Shown here piece by piece: positions 12,480-32,560 of a stretch of 64,000 nt of DNA. The notes under the pieces are model-generated. The model did not search any database. It saw only the letters and a list, made by a program, of their open reading frames with translations, and was not told where the DNA came from. Location of the stretch: the NCBI GenBank assembly GCA_964016885.1, contig OZ024744.1:31992001-32056000 (forward strand). Reading direction: 5' to 3'. The stretch's first letter is position 1. Every line of letters starts with the position of its first letter. The DNA is from Eledone cirrhosa. Its lineage: Eukaryota. A program made the position numbers and the translations under genes.

Positions 12480-13727
12480 TATATATATGAAAACAAGGAG
12501 AAAGAGACGATTATGAGGAAGAAAAATATTTTTTTTTCCTTTTTTTTGTCTCTCTCTCTCTCTTTTCTGGGTTAGAAAATGATTAAAACGAAATGTTTTA
12601 CTTTGTGCGAAGTGTTAAGGTATTAGTTGATTTATTTATTATTTAACAATGGCATTTATTTATCTATTTATATATTTAATTATTGTCTATTACCGGTTTC
12701 TGCATTTATATGCATTATCAAATGAGAGTGAAATGTATTAGTGTGGTGTCGCACATGTTAAACAGAAGGTGCAGAAAGAATAATGTTATATACAAACAAG
12801 GTTTAAGAAGTGAAAAGAAAAAAGAAAAAGGAAAAATAAAACGTACATTATGTGGAACGTAAAAAGTCAATGTGGAAGAAAAGTTAATGTTATTTACAAG
12901 CACAGTCATTGAAGTTAAGCAGTTCAAAATGTGTTAATATCGCAAGAGTGCTTAGTTGACCCATGGTTCCGTGAAGGAGGCAAATGGTGGACTGTGGTTT
13001 GATATGATTTCCCTTTTTAGAGTTAATATGCAGGGGTAAGCAATTCTTGCTGGGTGATATTTAATTTATTTAAGAAAATGGATTAGGTAGGGTGTGAGGG
13101 AGGTAACTCTTGTAAATGTTTGATGGTTTGTTGCAGTTTTAGATTGGTCCGAATTTTAAGGCATTGAGTACTGGTTGAAATTTATTAATGAAATGTGTTT
13201 CCTTATTGGTGCGTTGGATTAAAGTAGCGTTGTCTATGAATTTGTAAATGGGGAACATTTTAAAGTTTGGAAGTTGGTTGAGAGCACAATTGGCGATATG
13301 TTCACTAAATGCAATCTTTCTGTATTCCTGTATTTTAATTTGTGATTTATGGACGGTCATACGTTGATGGAGGCTGATTTTTGTCTGTCCTATATAGTGC
13401 TCTTGACAACCTGAGCAAGTCAAAACATAGATAAGGTTTTCAGATGCACATGTAAAGTAGTGTTTAACTGTGAAACGTTGTTCTTATTTAAAATGGAATG
13501 TTGAACCTTCTATTAGATTTATCCATATGCCACTGTTGGGCCTTCCTCATTTTGTTACTGTAGGGTTTATTGTGAAGGTTTGTTGGATTTTGGCTTGTGT
13601 GAGGATGTTTTTTATGGGTTTGGGTTGTCTTTTGCTCTTTATGATGTTGTGTGTTTGGAGGATATTGTTCATTCTTGGGTCTCTTTTTATTCTTGGGTCT
13701 CTTTTTATTTCTTTACTAAAAATTTAG
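12480..13727 (-). mobile_element. Penelope-like (Neptune-type) 3' fragment: Cys linker, GIY-YIG, 3' pLTR
   Basis: TCSGCQEHYIGQT...ETHFINKFQPVLN; paralogous to the 54500-55283 family. Confidence 0.85.
12686..12726 (-). ncRNA. Minimal type I hammerhead variant (U3-A8)
   Basis: TTGATAA TGCAT-ATAA-ATGCA GAAA CCGG TA; palindromic ACCGGT stem III; weak stem I. Confidence 0.6.
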
Positions 13728-14146
13728 TAATATTCTTTTACTGGAAATTTAGTAAAATCAGATCTCTGGCGGTTTGTAAGCAAATTCGGCCTACTTATAT
13801 GAAATGATGAGTTAGCAAAGCACTCATAAGTTAGGTCCTTAGAGTAATAACATACGTTTAAATAGCTTGACAAATCGAACATTGTGGTAGGCAAAATCTA
13901 ACACACAATAATATACCAAAGTAACGATAAAACTAACAGGTTGAGAAAAATACAACTGGACAAATCAAACGATTATACGTTTAAAGTGTTTCTTTGAATC
14001 CGAAATCAAATATCAGACTTACGTGACTGGCAAGCTCGTGGTATTCATGATCGAACAAAGGATTCAGTTTTTCAACAGGCTTTTCGTTCTACACAGAAGA
14101 GGTGTGATAGGCTACATGTTGCTGCTAAATGCAGCGTATCGTATCG

Positions 14147-14209
<63 letters not shown>

Positions 14210-14282
14210 ATATATATATATATATATATATATGTAGAGAAAGAGAGAGAGAGAGAGAGGGGGGGGGGAGAGAGAGAGAGCG

Positions 14283-14324
<42 letters not shown>

Positions 14325-14768
14325 AGTGAGAGGGAGAGAGAGAGACTCGAAACCGATTCGGTAATAGTAACCATAGTAAGTACAGTGAATTTTTTGAAAT
14401 TTATTTAGAAACTTTTTCTTATTTGCTAAACCTTGATTATATATGTTCTGGCTCGTTAATTTATTAACCTGCCATTGAACCACATTGGCATATGGTTGGA
14501 TAATACATGTGTCCCTATTCGTTTTTTGCGTGTAAGGATATATACTTTATTATTATTAATCTCCCCCTGGTCGAGATGAAATTTGGTCGTTTTGACTACT
14601 GCTATTTATAGCGGTAGTAGACTGACCTCCCTGCCTTTGCTTCTATCTTTACACACGGCACTGGACGGAATTGCTTCCACATCATTCATTCTCATCTCGG
14701 GAACAATTTTGAATAGCACCAGTTCGTAATTTGAACTCGGGAATTTTATATTCTCCGAGTGAAAAGAT

Positions 14769-14853
14769 CCTTCTGACGAGAGTTTATCTTTTCAATGGAA
14801 GCCCGCAAGGACTATCCATTTATTTTTGAGACTCCAAACCGATTCGGTAAAGG
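14769..14853 (+). ncRNA. Type I hammerhead with long stem II (G12 mutated to C in this copy)
   Basis: CCTT CTGACGA GAGTTT...GAGACTC CAAA CCG-ATT-CGG TA AAGG. A duplicate 3' half at ~14343 keeps GAAA. Confidence 0.65.
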
Positions 14854-14921
14854 TAACCATAGTAAGTACAGTGAATTTTTTGAAATTTACTTTGAAACCT
14901 TTTCTTATTTGCTAAATCTTG

Positions 14922-19341
<4,420 letters not shown>

Positions 19342-19349
19342 GCTTGTTA

Positions 19350-22300
19350 GCTGCTCAGCCGTTAATTTTCATAAGGAAAGTATATACTTTCGAACGTTCA
19401 ACTATCTGGCAGATGGGTAAACGGTGCTGATGATAGCTAACAAGCTTGAAACTAGTACATCGTTCCTGTGTCAGTGTTGAACAAAAAGGTGACGTGGTTG
19501 CCTTAACACCGTATGGCATAAATTCAGGCTGTTCGGTTTGTTGACAAACAAACGAACAAAGCGGCGTTGTAATAAACGTCCGCTAAACTGATGCGTGCAT
19601 ATATGTATGTGTACCTGTATGTATATATGTATATATATGTATATATATGTATATATATATATGTATATATATGCATGCTACTGTACGTCTGTATACATAT
19701 ATGTATGTACGTATACATACATACTTACATTTAAGTAAGTGCCATACTAAGAGTGAGAAATGAAATTTCGTTTTCATTTTTTTCAACTTATCGTTTTCGG
19801 TATGCCTGACCGATTTAACTCACTCAATATGCTAATTAGGCTGCTCAGCCGTTAATTTTCATAAGGAAAGTATATACTTTCGAACGTTCAACTATCTGGC
19901 AGATGGGTAAACGGTGCTGATGATAGCTAACAAGCTTGAAACTAGTACATCGTTCCTGTGTCAGTGTTGAACAAAAAGGTGACGTGGTTGCCTTAACACC
20001 GTATGGCATAAATTCAGGCTGTTCGGTTTGTTGACAAACAAACGAACAAAGCGGCGTTGTAATAAACGTCCGCTAAACTGATGCGTGCATATATGTATGT
20101 GTACCTGTATGTATATATGTATATATATGTATATATATGTATATATATATATGTATATATATGCATGCTACTGTACGTCTGTATACATATATGTATGTAC
20201 GTATACATACATACTTACATTTAAGTAAGTGCCATACTAAGAGTGAGAAATGAAATTTCGTTTTCATTTTTTTCAACTTATCGTTTTCGGTATGCCTGAC
20301 CGATTTAACTCACTCAATATGCTAATTAGGCTGCTCAGCCGTTAATTTTCATAAGGAAAGTATATACTTTCGAACGTTCAACTATCTGGCAGATGGGTAA
20401 ACGGTGCTGATGATAGCTAACAAGCTTGAAACTAGTACATCGTTCCTGTGTCAGTGTTGAACAAAAAAGGTGACGTGGTTGCCTTAACACCGTATGGCAT
20501 AAATTCAGGCTGTTCGGTTTGTTGACAAACAAACGAACAAAGCGGCGTTGTAATAAACGTCCGCTAAACTGATGCGTGCATATATGTATGTGTACCTGTA
20601 TGTATATATGTATATATATGTATATATATGTATATATGTATATGTATATATATGCATGCTACTGTACGTCTGTATACATATATGTATGTACGTATACATA
20701 CATACTTACATTTAAGTAAGTGCCATACTAAGAGTGAGAAATGAAATTTCGTTTTCATTTTTTTCAACTTATCGTTTTCGGTATGCCTGACCGATTTAAC
20801 TCACTCAATATGCTAATTAGGCTGCTCAGCCGTTAATTTTCATAAGGAAAGTATATACTTTCGAACGTTCAACTATCTGGCAGATGGGTAAACGGTGCTG
20901 ATGATAGCTAACAAGCTTGAAACTAGTACATCGTTCCTGTGTCAGTGTTGAACAAAAAGGTGACGTGGTTGCCTTAACACCGTATGGCATAAATTCAGGC
21001 TGTTCGGTTTGTTGACAAACAAACGAACAAAGCGGCGTTGTAATAAACGTCCGCTAAACTGATGCGTGCATATATGTATGTGTACCTGTATGTATATATG
21101 TATATATATGTATATATATGTATATATATATATGTATATATATGCATGCTACTGTACGTCTGTATACATATATGTATGTACATATACATACATACTTACA
21201 TTTAAGTAAGTGCCATACTAAGAGTGAGAAATGAAATTTCGTTTTCATTTTTTTCAACTTATCGTTTTCGGTATGCCTGACCGATTTAACTCACTCAATA
21301 TGCTAATTAGGCTGCTCAGCCGTTAATTTTCATAAGGAAAGTATATACTTTCGAACGTTCAACTATCTGGCAGATGGGTAAACGGTGCTGATGATAGCTA
21401 ACAAGCTTGAAACTAGTACATCGTTCCTGTGTCAGTGTTGAACAAAAAGGTGACGTGGTTGCCTTAACACCGTATGGCATAAATTCAGGCTGTTCGGTTT
21501 GTTGACAAACAAACGAACAAAGCGGCGTTGTAATAAACGTCCGCTAAACTGATGCGTGCATATATGTATGTGTACCTGTATGTATATATGTATATATATG
21601 TATATATATGTATATATATATATGTATATATATGCATGCTACTGTACGTCTGTATACATATATGTATGTACGTATACATACATACTTACATTTAAGTAAG
21701 TGCCATACTAAGAGTGAGAAATGAAATTTCGTTTTCATTTTTTTCAACTTACCGTTTTCGGTATGCCTGACCGATTTAACTCACTCAATATGCTAATTAG
21801 GCTGCTCAGCCGTTAATTTTCATAAGGAAAGTATATACTTTCGAACGTTCAACTATCTGGCAGATGGGTAAACGGTGCTGATGATAGCTAACAAGCTTGA
21901 AACTAGTACATCGTTCCTGTGTCAGTGTTGAACAAAAAGGTGACGTGGTTGCCTTAACACCGTATGGCATAAATTCAGGCTGTTCGGTTTGTTGACAAAC
22001 AAACGAACAAAGCGGCGTTGTAATAAACGTCCGCTAAACTGATGCGTGCATATATGTATGTGTACCTGTATGTATATATGTATATATATGTATATATATG
22101 TATATATATATATGTATATATATGCATGCTACTGTACGTCTGTATACATATATGTATGTACGTATACATACATACTTACATTTAAGTAAGTGCCATACTA
22201 AGAGTGAGAAATGAAATTTCGTTTTCATTTTTTTCAACTTATCGTTTTCGGTATGCCTGACCGATTTAACTCACTCAATATGCTAATTAGGCTGCTCAGC

Positions 22301-25300
22301 CGTTAATTTTCATAAGGAAAGTATATACTTTCGAACGTTCAACTATCTGGCAGATGGGTAAACGGTGCTGATGATAGCTAACAAGCTTGAAACTAGTACA
22401 TCGTTCCTGTGTCAGTGTTGAACAAAAAGGTGACGTGGTTGCCTTAACACCGTATGGCATAAATTCAGGCTGTTCGGTTTGTTGACAAACAAACGAACAA
22501 AGCGGCGTTGTAATAAACGTCCGCTAAACTGATGCGTGCATATATGTATGTGTACCTGTATGTATATATGTATATATATGTATATATATGTATATATATA
22601 TATGTATATATATGCATGCTACTGTACGTCTGTATACATATATGTATGTACGTATACATACATACTTACATTTAAGTAAGTGCCATACTAAGAGTGAGAA
22701 ATGAAATTTCGTTTTCATTTTTTTCAACTTATCGTTTTCGGTATGCCTGACCGATTTAACTCACTCAATATGCTAATTAGGCTGCTCAGCCGTTAATTTT
22801 CATAAGGAAAGTATATACTTTCGAACGTTCAACTATCTGGCAGATGGGTAAACGGTGCTGATGATAGCTAACAAGCTTGAAACTAGTACATCGTTCCTGT
22901 GTCAGTGTTGAACAAAAAGGTGACGTGGTTGCCTTAACACCGTATGGCATAAATTCAGGCTGTTCGGTTTGTTGACAAACAAACGAACAAAGCGGCGTTG
23001 TAATAAACGTCCGCTAAACTGATGCGTGCATATATGTATGTGTACCTGTATGTATATATGTATATATATGTATATATATGTATATATATATATGTATATA
23101 TATGCATGCTACTGTACGTCTGTATACATATATGTATGTACGTATACATACATACTTACATTTAAGTAAGTGCCATACTAAGAGTGAGAAATGAAATTTC
23201 GTTTTCATTTTTTTCAACTTATCGTTTTCGGTATGCCTGACCGATTTAACTCACTCAATATGCTAATTAGGCTGCTCAGCCGTTAATTTTCATAAGGAAA
23301 GTATATACTTTCGAACGTTCAACTATCTGGCAGATGGGTAAACGGTGCTGATGATAGCTAACAAGCTTGAAACTAGTACATCGTTCCTGTGTCAGTGTTG
23401 AACAAAAAGGTGACGTGGTTGCCTTAACACCGTATGGCATAAATTCAGGCTGTTCGGTTTGTTGACAAACAAACGAACAAAGCGGCGTTGTAATAAACGT
23501 CCGCTAAACTGATGCGTGCATATATGTATGTGTACCTGTATGTATATATGTATATATATGTATATATATGTATATATATATATGTATATATATGCATGCT
23601 ACTGTACGTCTGTATACATATATGTATGTACGTATACATACATACTTACATTTAAGTAAGTGCCATACTAAGAGTGAGAAATGAAATTTCGTTTTCATTT
23701 TTTTCAACTTATCGTTTTCGGTATGCCTGACCGATTTAACTCACTCAATATGCTAATTAGGCTGCTCAGCCGTTAATTTTCATAAGGAAAGTATATACTT
23801 TCGAACGTTCAACTATCTGGCAGATGGGTAAACGGTGCTGATGATAGCTAACAAGCTTGAAACTAGTACATCGTTCCTGTGTCAGTGTTGAACAAAAAGG
23901 TGACGTGGTTGCCTTAACACCGTATGGCATAAATTCAGGCTGTTCGGTTTGTTGACAAACAAACGAACAAAGCGGCGTTGTAATAAACGTCCGCTAAACT
24001 GATGCGTGCATATATGTATGTGTACCTGTATGTATATATGTATATATATGTATATATATGTATATATATATATGTATATATATGCATGCTACTGTACGTC
24101 TGTATACATATATGTATGTACGTATACATACATACTTACATTTAAGTAAGTGCCATACTAAGAGTGAGAAATGAAATTTCGTTTTCATTTTTTTCAACTT
24201 ATCGTTTTCGGTATGCCTGACCGATTTAACTCACTCAATATGCTAATTAGGCTGCTCAGCCGTTAATTTTCATAAGGAAAGTATATACTTTCGAACGTTC
24301 AACTATCTGGCAGATGGGTAAACGGTGCTGATGATAGCTAACAAGCTTGAAACTAGTACATCGTTCCTGTGTCAGTGTTGAACAAAAAGGTGACGTGGTT
24401 GCCTTAACACCGTATGGCATAAATTCAGGCTGTTCGGTTTGTTGACAAACAAACGAACAAAGCGGCGTTGTAATAAACGTCCGCTAAACTGATGCGTGCA
24501 TATATGTATGTGTACCTGTATGTATATATGTATATATATGTATATATATGTATATATATATATGTATATATATGCATGCTACTGTACGTCTGTATACATA
24601 TATGTATGTACGTATACATACATACTTACATTTAAGTAAGTGCCATACTAAGAGTGAGAAATGAAATTTCGTTTTCATTTTTTTCAACTTATCGTTTTCG
24701 GTATGCCTGACCGATTTAACTCACTCAATATGCTAATTAGGCTGCTCAGCCGTTAATTTTCATAAGGAAAGTATATACTTTCGAACGTTCAACTATCTGG
24801 CAGATGGGTAAACGGTGCTGATGATAGCTAACAAGCTTGAAACTAGTACATCGTTCCTGTGTCAGTGTTGAACAAAAAGGTGACGTGGTTGCCTTAACAC
24901 CGTATGGCATAAATTCAGGCTGTTCGGTTTGTTGACAAACAAACGAACAAAGCGGCGTTGTAATAAACGTCCGCTAAACTGATGCGTGCATATATGTATG
25001 TGTACCTGTATGTATATATGTATATATATGTATATATATGTATATATATATATGTATATATATGCATGCTACTGTACGTCTGTATACATATATGTATGTA
25101 CGTATACATACATACTTACATTTAAGTAAGTGCCATACTAAGAGTGAGAAATGAAATTTCGTTTTCATTTTTTTCAACTTATCGTTTTCGGTATGCCTGA
25201 CCGATTTAACTCACTCAATATGCTAATTAGGCTGCTCAGCCGTTAATTTTCATAAGGAAAGTATATACTTTCGAACGTTCAACTATCTGGCAGATGGGTA

Positions 25301-25609
25301 AACGGTGCTGATGATAGCTAACAAGCTTGAAACTAGTACATCGTTCCTGTGTCAGTGTTGAACAAAAAGGTGACGTGGTTGCCTTAACACCGTATGGCAT
25401 AAATTCAGGCTGTTCGGTTTGTTGACAAACAAACGAACAAAGCGGCGTTGTAATAAACGTCCGCTAAACTGATGCGTGCATATATGTATGTGTACCTGTA
25501 TGTATATATGTATATATATGTATATATATGTATATATATATATGTATATATATGCATGCTACTGTACGTCTGTATACATATATGTATGTACGTATACATA
25601 CATACTTAC

Positions 25610-25614
<5 letters not shown>
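19350..25614 (+). repeat. Tandem array of the same 490-bp unit in the opposite orientation (~12.8 copies), right arm
   Basis: Reverse complement of the left arm; 490-bp period (one unit is 491 bp). Confidence 0.95.
19420..19464 (+). ncRNA. Minimal type I hammerhead (representative; 13 copies in the right arm)
   Basis: AACGGTG CTGATGA TAGCTAACAAGCTT GAAA CTAG TA CATCGTT. Confidence 0.85.
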
Positions 25615-25645
<31 letters not shown>

Positions 25646-25937
25646 ATATATATATATATATCTCAAATTAGTACCATTGAACAACAATTGTATTATAGAC
25701 ACCCTATACATTTCCGTAGGTACTTAGTACCTGTGGGTATATTAATCTCATTTTATGTATATTCTCCCTCTGTGTAGAGAAGAAAATGTTGTATCTTGCT
25801 GCTATATTTTTAGTAGCTCCCGCTTTTACTAACGGCCTCTTTATATGTGGGCCACTTTAAAGGCCTGACCTCATACATCGGCCAGTAAGCGATATATTTA
25901 CAATCTTTGCAGCTTTATGCCCTATAGAATGTAAATA

Positions 25938-25985
25938 GCTGTCTGAAGAACAGATCTTTTGTGAAGCGAAACCGTCGGTAACAGC
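25938..25985 (+). ncRNA. Type I hammerhead inside a ~480-bp (TA)n-flanked segment
   Basis: GCTGT CTGAAGA ... GAAA CC-GTC-GG TA ACAGC; perfect 5-bp stem I; weak stem II. Confidence 0.7.
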
Positions 25986-26115
25986 ATTTTGAACAGGTGA
26001 ATATTTAAATCGTATTTTAATTTATTTAAAAGATTGTTTAATGCTTGCTTGTTCCGCTCATTTCACTCGTGTAGGACACCTCGGTTTTTTTTCATTTTGA
26101 AAAAAAACACCTCAC

Positions 26116-26173
<58 letters not shown>

Positions 26174-26414
26174 CATTATATATATTTCTGTTAAATGGTT
26201 ATTCATGTGACTTCGTCAACTGCTTACGCAATATACCAATGATTGCATAACTGCACCAATGATTGCGTAAGGACCTGACGAAGTCACATGAATAACGATG
26301 TAACAGAAATATATATAATGCAATACACAATTATATTGATTTAATCCCGTCTTAACTACCATTATTTGATAAATGAATACTCCGTCACTCGATATCACCT
26401 ACCTGGGATAAACT

Positions 26415-26609
26415 GTTTCACAGGCCGGTGAATTGGCAGTATCGGTAGAGGGTCGGACGCCGTGCTTTGACGTATAGAGTTACGGCCCTTGCCATTCTGA
26501 GTTCAAATCCCGCCGAGGTTAACTTTGCCTTTCATCCTTACGGGGTTGATAAAATAAAGTACCAGTAATACACTGGGTAATTGCTGGCCTTGTGCCTAAA
26601 GTAGAAACA
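26415..26609 (+). mobile_element. tRNA-derived SINE flanked by a 54-bp direct repeat
   Basis: A-box-like TGGCAGTATCGG, B-box GAGTTCAAATCC, body GCCTTTCATCCTTACGGGG. Flanks are 26361-26414 and 26610-26663. Confidence 0.85.
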
Positions 26610-27093
26610 ATTATTTGATAAATGAATACACCGTCACTCAATATCACCTACCTGGGTTAAACTACTAACGTGTAGTGCTTTGTTTCACTAGGACCTGGTT
26701 ATCATCAGGTGGTTACTACGTAACAACTAAGAGAAACAAAACTCTTGTACAACTATATATATATATGAGCCCCGGGTTCAGTAAGTAAAGTACTCAATAC
26801 AGTAGTAAAGTGTAAACATCATGTTTACACACACACACACACACACACATTTATATGTATGTAGAGAGAGAGAGAGAGAGAGATAATCCCACAACAGATT
26901 ACCAAACCATACTCGAGTACGCGGGTTTCACCTACCAGATTTTCAGTGGAACGGGCAACCTCGAGTATGGTTTGTTAATCTGTTGTTGAACAAACTCTCT
27001 ATGGAACTAACCCTCTGGACTGTGTGCTCTACCTACTACGGATATAACCTCCCGTCTTTTTACCACTATATATGTATATATATATATATATAT

Positions 27094-28346
<1,253 letters not shown>

Positions 28347-28349
<3 letters not shown>

Positions 28350-28636
28350 CCGGTTTCGATGTATTAAGATACATTTTGTCAAATTCAGTGAAAAAAGTTA
28401 ATTTAAAAGAGTTGGTATGAGTAAAGAAAGGTTTAAAATTAAAATTAAAATCGAATGTTTAAGTAAAATTTCTTCCATCATGCAACTTTTCAGGAAGAAT
28501 GATGGAAGAAATTTTACTCCAACATTCGATTTTCATTTTAATTTTAAACCTTTCTTTACTCCAACCAACTCTTTTTAATTAACTTTTTTCACTGAATTTG
28601 ACAAGATGGATCTTAATACATCGAAACCGGTAATTT
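28347..28636. repeat. ~135-bp inverted repeat with a U3-A8 hammerhead variant in each arm (plus copy 28594-28636)
   Basis: GAAT TTGACAA GATG...CATC GAAA CCGG TA ATTT. Confidence 0.7.
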
Positions 28637-28808
28637 TCTAATATACTTTATACACTTCATCATAAAAAATTTTTAAAAGAATTGTCCCTCTCTTTTTTTA
28701 ATAACATTATCTTTTTAATAACACTATCTTTTCAATAAGGTCACTTTGACGAATCAAAAAGGAAAAACAGACGCTTAAATATATCTTCCGTGCTATTTCC
28801 AACTTCAT

Positions 28809-28919
<111 letters not shown>

Positions 28920-29675
28920 GTATATGTGTATGTGCGCGTGCGTTCGCAAGTGTGTGCATGCGTGTGTGTGCATGTGTGTATAGTAAAATATCAGTGGATG
29001 TATAAAAGGAAAACGAAAAACAGTGCTCAATCAGGAACGAGAGTTGATATATTATTTGTTTATATATATTTATATTAATGTTTATATATGCACGTTTAAT
29101 GTCGAATTTAAAATAAATTATATATTTTCTCTCAAGAAAGGTATTTCACTGGTAATGAATGCAATACCAGAATTGAATTAATATCTATGGAAAAGCTATC
29201 ATTTTTTTTAAAGTACAAAATAAAAACAACAACAAAACAAAAACATATTAAGAAAGAAATTAAGACAAAAAATGAATAAAAGATTGGTACCAAATGTCTA
29301 AACAGAACTTCTTTGACCAAATACAAACAGCTGTGATTTCTCGCAGAAAAAAAAACTTTGGGTTCATACTTCAGATAGAGAAGGCGGGAGAGGTGTTTAT
29401 GTATTTATATAACATTCACACAGAATAAACAAGCTCCTTAAAGACGTACAGATACCAAAGGAATTTCTGGTTAAGAAATTTGCTTAGCTAGCACCTGGGT
29501 GTTGAGTTCAGGTTCGATCCCATTATGTGACACCAAGGGTCAATTAACTTCCAATTGACCAGTGATTGATAGGGTTATGGTGAGATAACCATGTCTCGCT
29601 CATATCTTCCACATTTTGTCATCATGCCAGCAAGGGTTAGGGTACTGGGGACTGTATCATTTGCTGATTACTGTA

Positions 29676-30170
29676 GCTAACTCTAACCCTAAACATGACC
29701 CTAACCCTAACACTAACACACACCCTAACACACACCCTAACTCTAACCCTAAAAAACCCTAACTCTAAAGCTAACTTTAACCCTAACACAAACTCTAACT
29801 CTAACCCTAACACATAACCTAACCCTAACCCTAACACAAACCCTAACTCTAAACCCAACGCTAACTCTAACTCGAACCCTAACACAAACCCTAACCCTAA
29901 CCCTAAAACTAACCCTAACTCTAACCCTAACACAAACCTAATCCTAACAGTAACCCTAATCCTAACCCTAACACAAACCCTAACACAAACCATAACTCTA
30001 ACATTAACACAAACCCTAACCCTAACCCTAACAGTAACCCTAATCCTAACCCTAACACAAACCCTATTCCTAACCCTAACACTAACCCTAACTCTAACCC
30101 TAACACAAACCCTAACCCTAACCCTAACCCTAATCCTAATACAAACCCTAACCTAACCCTAACTCTAAAC
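29676..30170 (+). repeat. Degenerate interstitial telomere-like (CCCTAA)n array
   Basis: In-phase hexamers CCCTAA, CTCTAA, CACAAA, TCCTAA. Confidence 0.85.
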
Positions 30171-30293
30171 CTTGGATATTTTCCTTTCTGATGTATGGAA
30201 TTTTAAATAGTTATGAACAGCAGCTAGAGTTAATCAGTAAACACTGTAGCTTAAACATTTCACTCTATTATTCAGTACTCTTAATTTATTTGT

Positions 30294-30294
<1 letters not shown>

Positions 30295-30353
<59 letters not shown>

Positions 30354-30409
30354 TTGCTGCTGCTGATGTTGATACTACTACTACTACTATTACTACTTCT
30401 AGTAGTAAT

Positions 30410-30470
<61 letters not shown>
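30295..30470. repeat. Compound trinucleotide microsatellite (TAC/TGC/AGC/AGT)
   Basis: Direct reading. Confidence 0.9.
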
Positions 30471-30471
<1 letters not shown>

Positions 30472-30787
30472 GGATAAAATAATAAGGATGCCTCTGTTCT
30501 ATTTCTCTCCTTGACCACAGGGCACTTTATCTGATTTATTGGACTAATTTATAAGGCCATCAACTATTATTCTAATTATCCGCACTGTGGAGACTATATT
30601 TTCAAGTTTCCCAAAGCTTTGAGAGACAACTAAATCTTGTTTACTGAAAAAATTTTTTATTTCAGTTCATATGCATGTATTTTATAGACTAAATTGCAGT
30701 TTCAACTTCATACGGGTATTTAGCGTCTTTGTCAACGGGAAGTTTAAAGTTGAATGCGCACGAAGTAATTCTCTAAATCCTACCCAG

Positions 30788-32560
30788 ATCACTGATCAAC
30801 TGTCACATCACTGATCAACAGTCACATCACTGATCAACAGTCACATCACTGATCAACAGTCACATCAGTGATCAACTGTCACATCAGTGATCAAGAGTTA
30901 CATCACTGATCAACAGTTACACAACAGATCAACAGTCACACCACTGATCAATAGTCACATCAGTGATCAACATTCACATCACTGATCAACAGTCACGTCA
31001 CTGATCAACACTCACATCACTGATCAACAGTCACATCATTGATCAACAGTTACAACACTGATCAACAGTTACATCTCTGATCAACAGTCACATCACTGAT
31101 CAACAGTCACATCACTGATCTACAGTTACATCACTGATCAACAGTTACATCACTGATCAAGGGTCATATCACTGATCAACACTCACATCACTGATCAATA
31201 GTTACATCAGTGATCAACAGTCACATCAGCGATCAACAGTTACACCACTGATCAACAGTTACATCACTGATCAACAGTCGCATCACTGATCAACAGTTCC
31301 ATCAGTGATCAACAGTTACATCACTGATCAACAGTTACACCACTAATCAACAGTCACAACACTGATCAACAGTCACATCAGTGACCAACTGTCACATCAG
31401 TGATCAACAGTTACATAAGTGATAAACAGTTACATCCCTGATCAACAGTCACATGACTGATCAACAGTCACATCAGTGATCAACAGTTACATCAGTGATC
31501 AACAGTTACATGAGTGATCAACAGTCACATCACTGATCAACACTTATATCACTGATCAACTGTCACATCAGTGATCAACATTCACATCAGTGATCAACAG
31601 TTACATCACTGATCAACAATTACATCACTGATCAACAGTTACATCAGTGACCAACAGTTACATCACTGATCAACAGTCACATGACTGATCAACAGTTACA
31701 TCACTGATCAACAGTTACATCAGTGATCAACAGTCACATCACTGATCAACAGTTACATCAGTGTGATCCACAGTCACATCACTGATCAACAGTCACATCA
31801 GTGATCAACAGTCACATCACTGATCAGCAGTTACATCACTGATCAACTGTCACATCACTGATCAGCAGTTACATCACTGATCAACTGTCACATCAGTGAT
31901 CAACAGTCACATCACTGATCAATAGTCACATCAGTGACCAACTGTCATATCAGTGATCAACAGTTACATCAGTGATCAACAGCTACATCTCTGATCAACA
32001 GTCACATGACTGATCAACAGTTACATCACTGATCAACTGTCACATCAGTGATCAATATTCACATCAGTGATCAACAGTCACATCAGTGATCAGCAGTCAC
32101 ATCAGTGATCAACAGTCACATCAGTGATCAGCAGTCACATCAGTGATCAAGGGTCATATCACTGATCAACTGTCACATCAGTGATCAACAGTCACATCAG
32201 TGATCAAGGTTCATATCACTGATCAACAGTTACATCAGTGATCAACAGTTACATCACTGATCAACAGTTATATCACTGATCAACAGTCACATCACTGATC
32301 AACAGTTACATCACTGATCAACTGTCACATCAGTGATCAATATTCACATCAATGATCAACAGTCACATCAGTGATCAACAGTTACATCAGTGATCAACAG
32401 TCACATCAGTGATCAACAGTCACATCACTGATCAGCAGTTACATCACTGATCAACAGTCACATCAGTGATCAACAGTCACATCACTGATTAACAGTCACA
32501 TCAGTGATCAACAGTCACATCAGTGATCAACTGTCACATCAGTGATCAACAGTCACACCA
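30788..32560. repeat. 19-bp minisatellite, consensus CACATCA(C/G)TGATCAACAGT, ~93 copies
   Basis: Regular 19-bp period over ~1.77 kb. Confidence 0.95.

Noticed and set aside
26880-26985. HHR inside a short inverted repeat (minus CTGAAAA...GAAA CCCGCG TA)
   Set aside because: The inverted repeat is real, but C3-A8 is mismatched and there is no stem I.
29637-29993. GL/VR-repeat ORF
   Set aside because: It is the translation of telomere-like hexamers.
30788-32560. CRISPR-like array
   Set aside because: Contiguous tandem units with no unique spacers, no cas genes, and a eukaryotic context.
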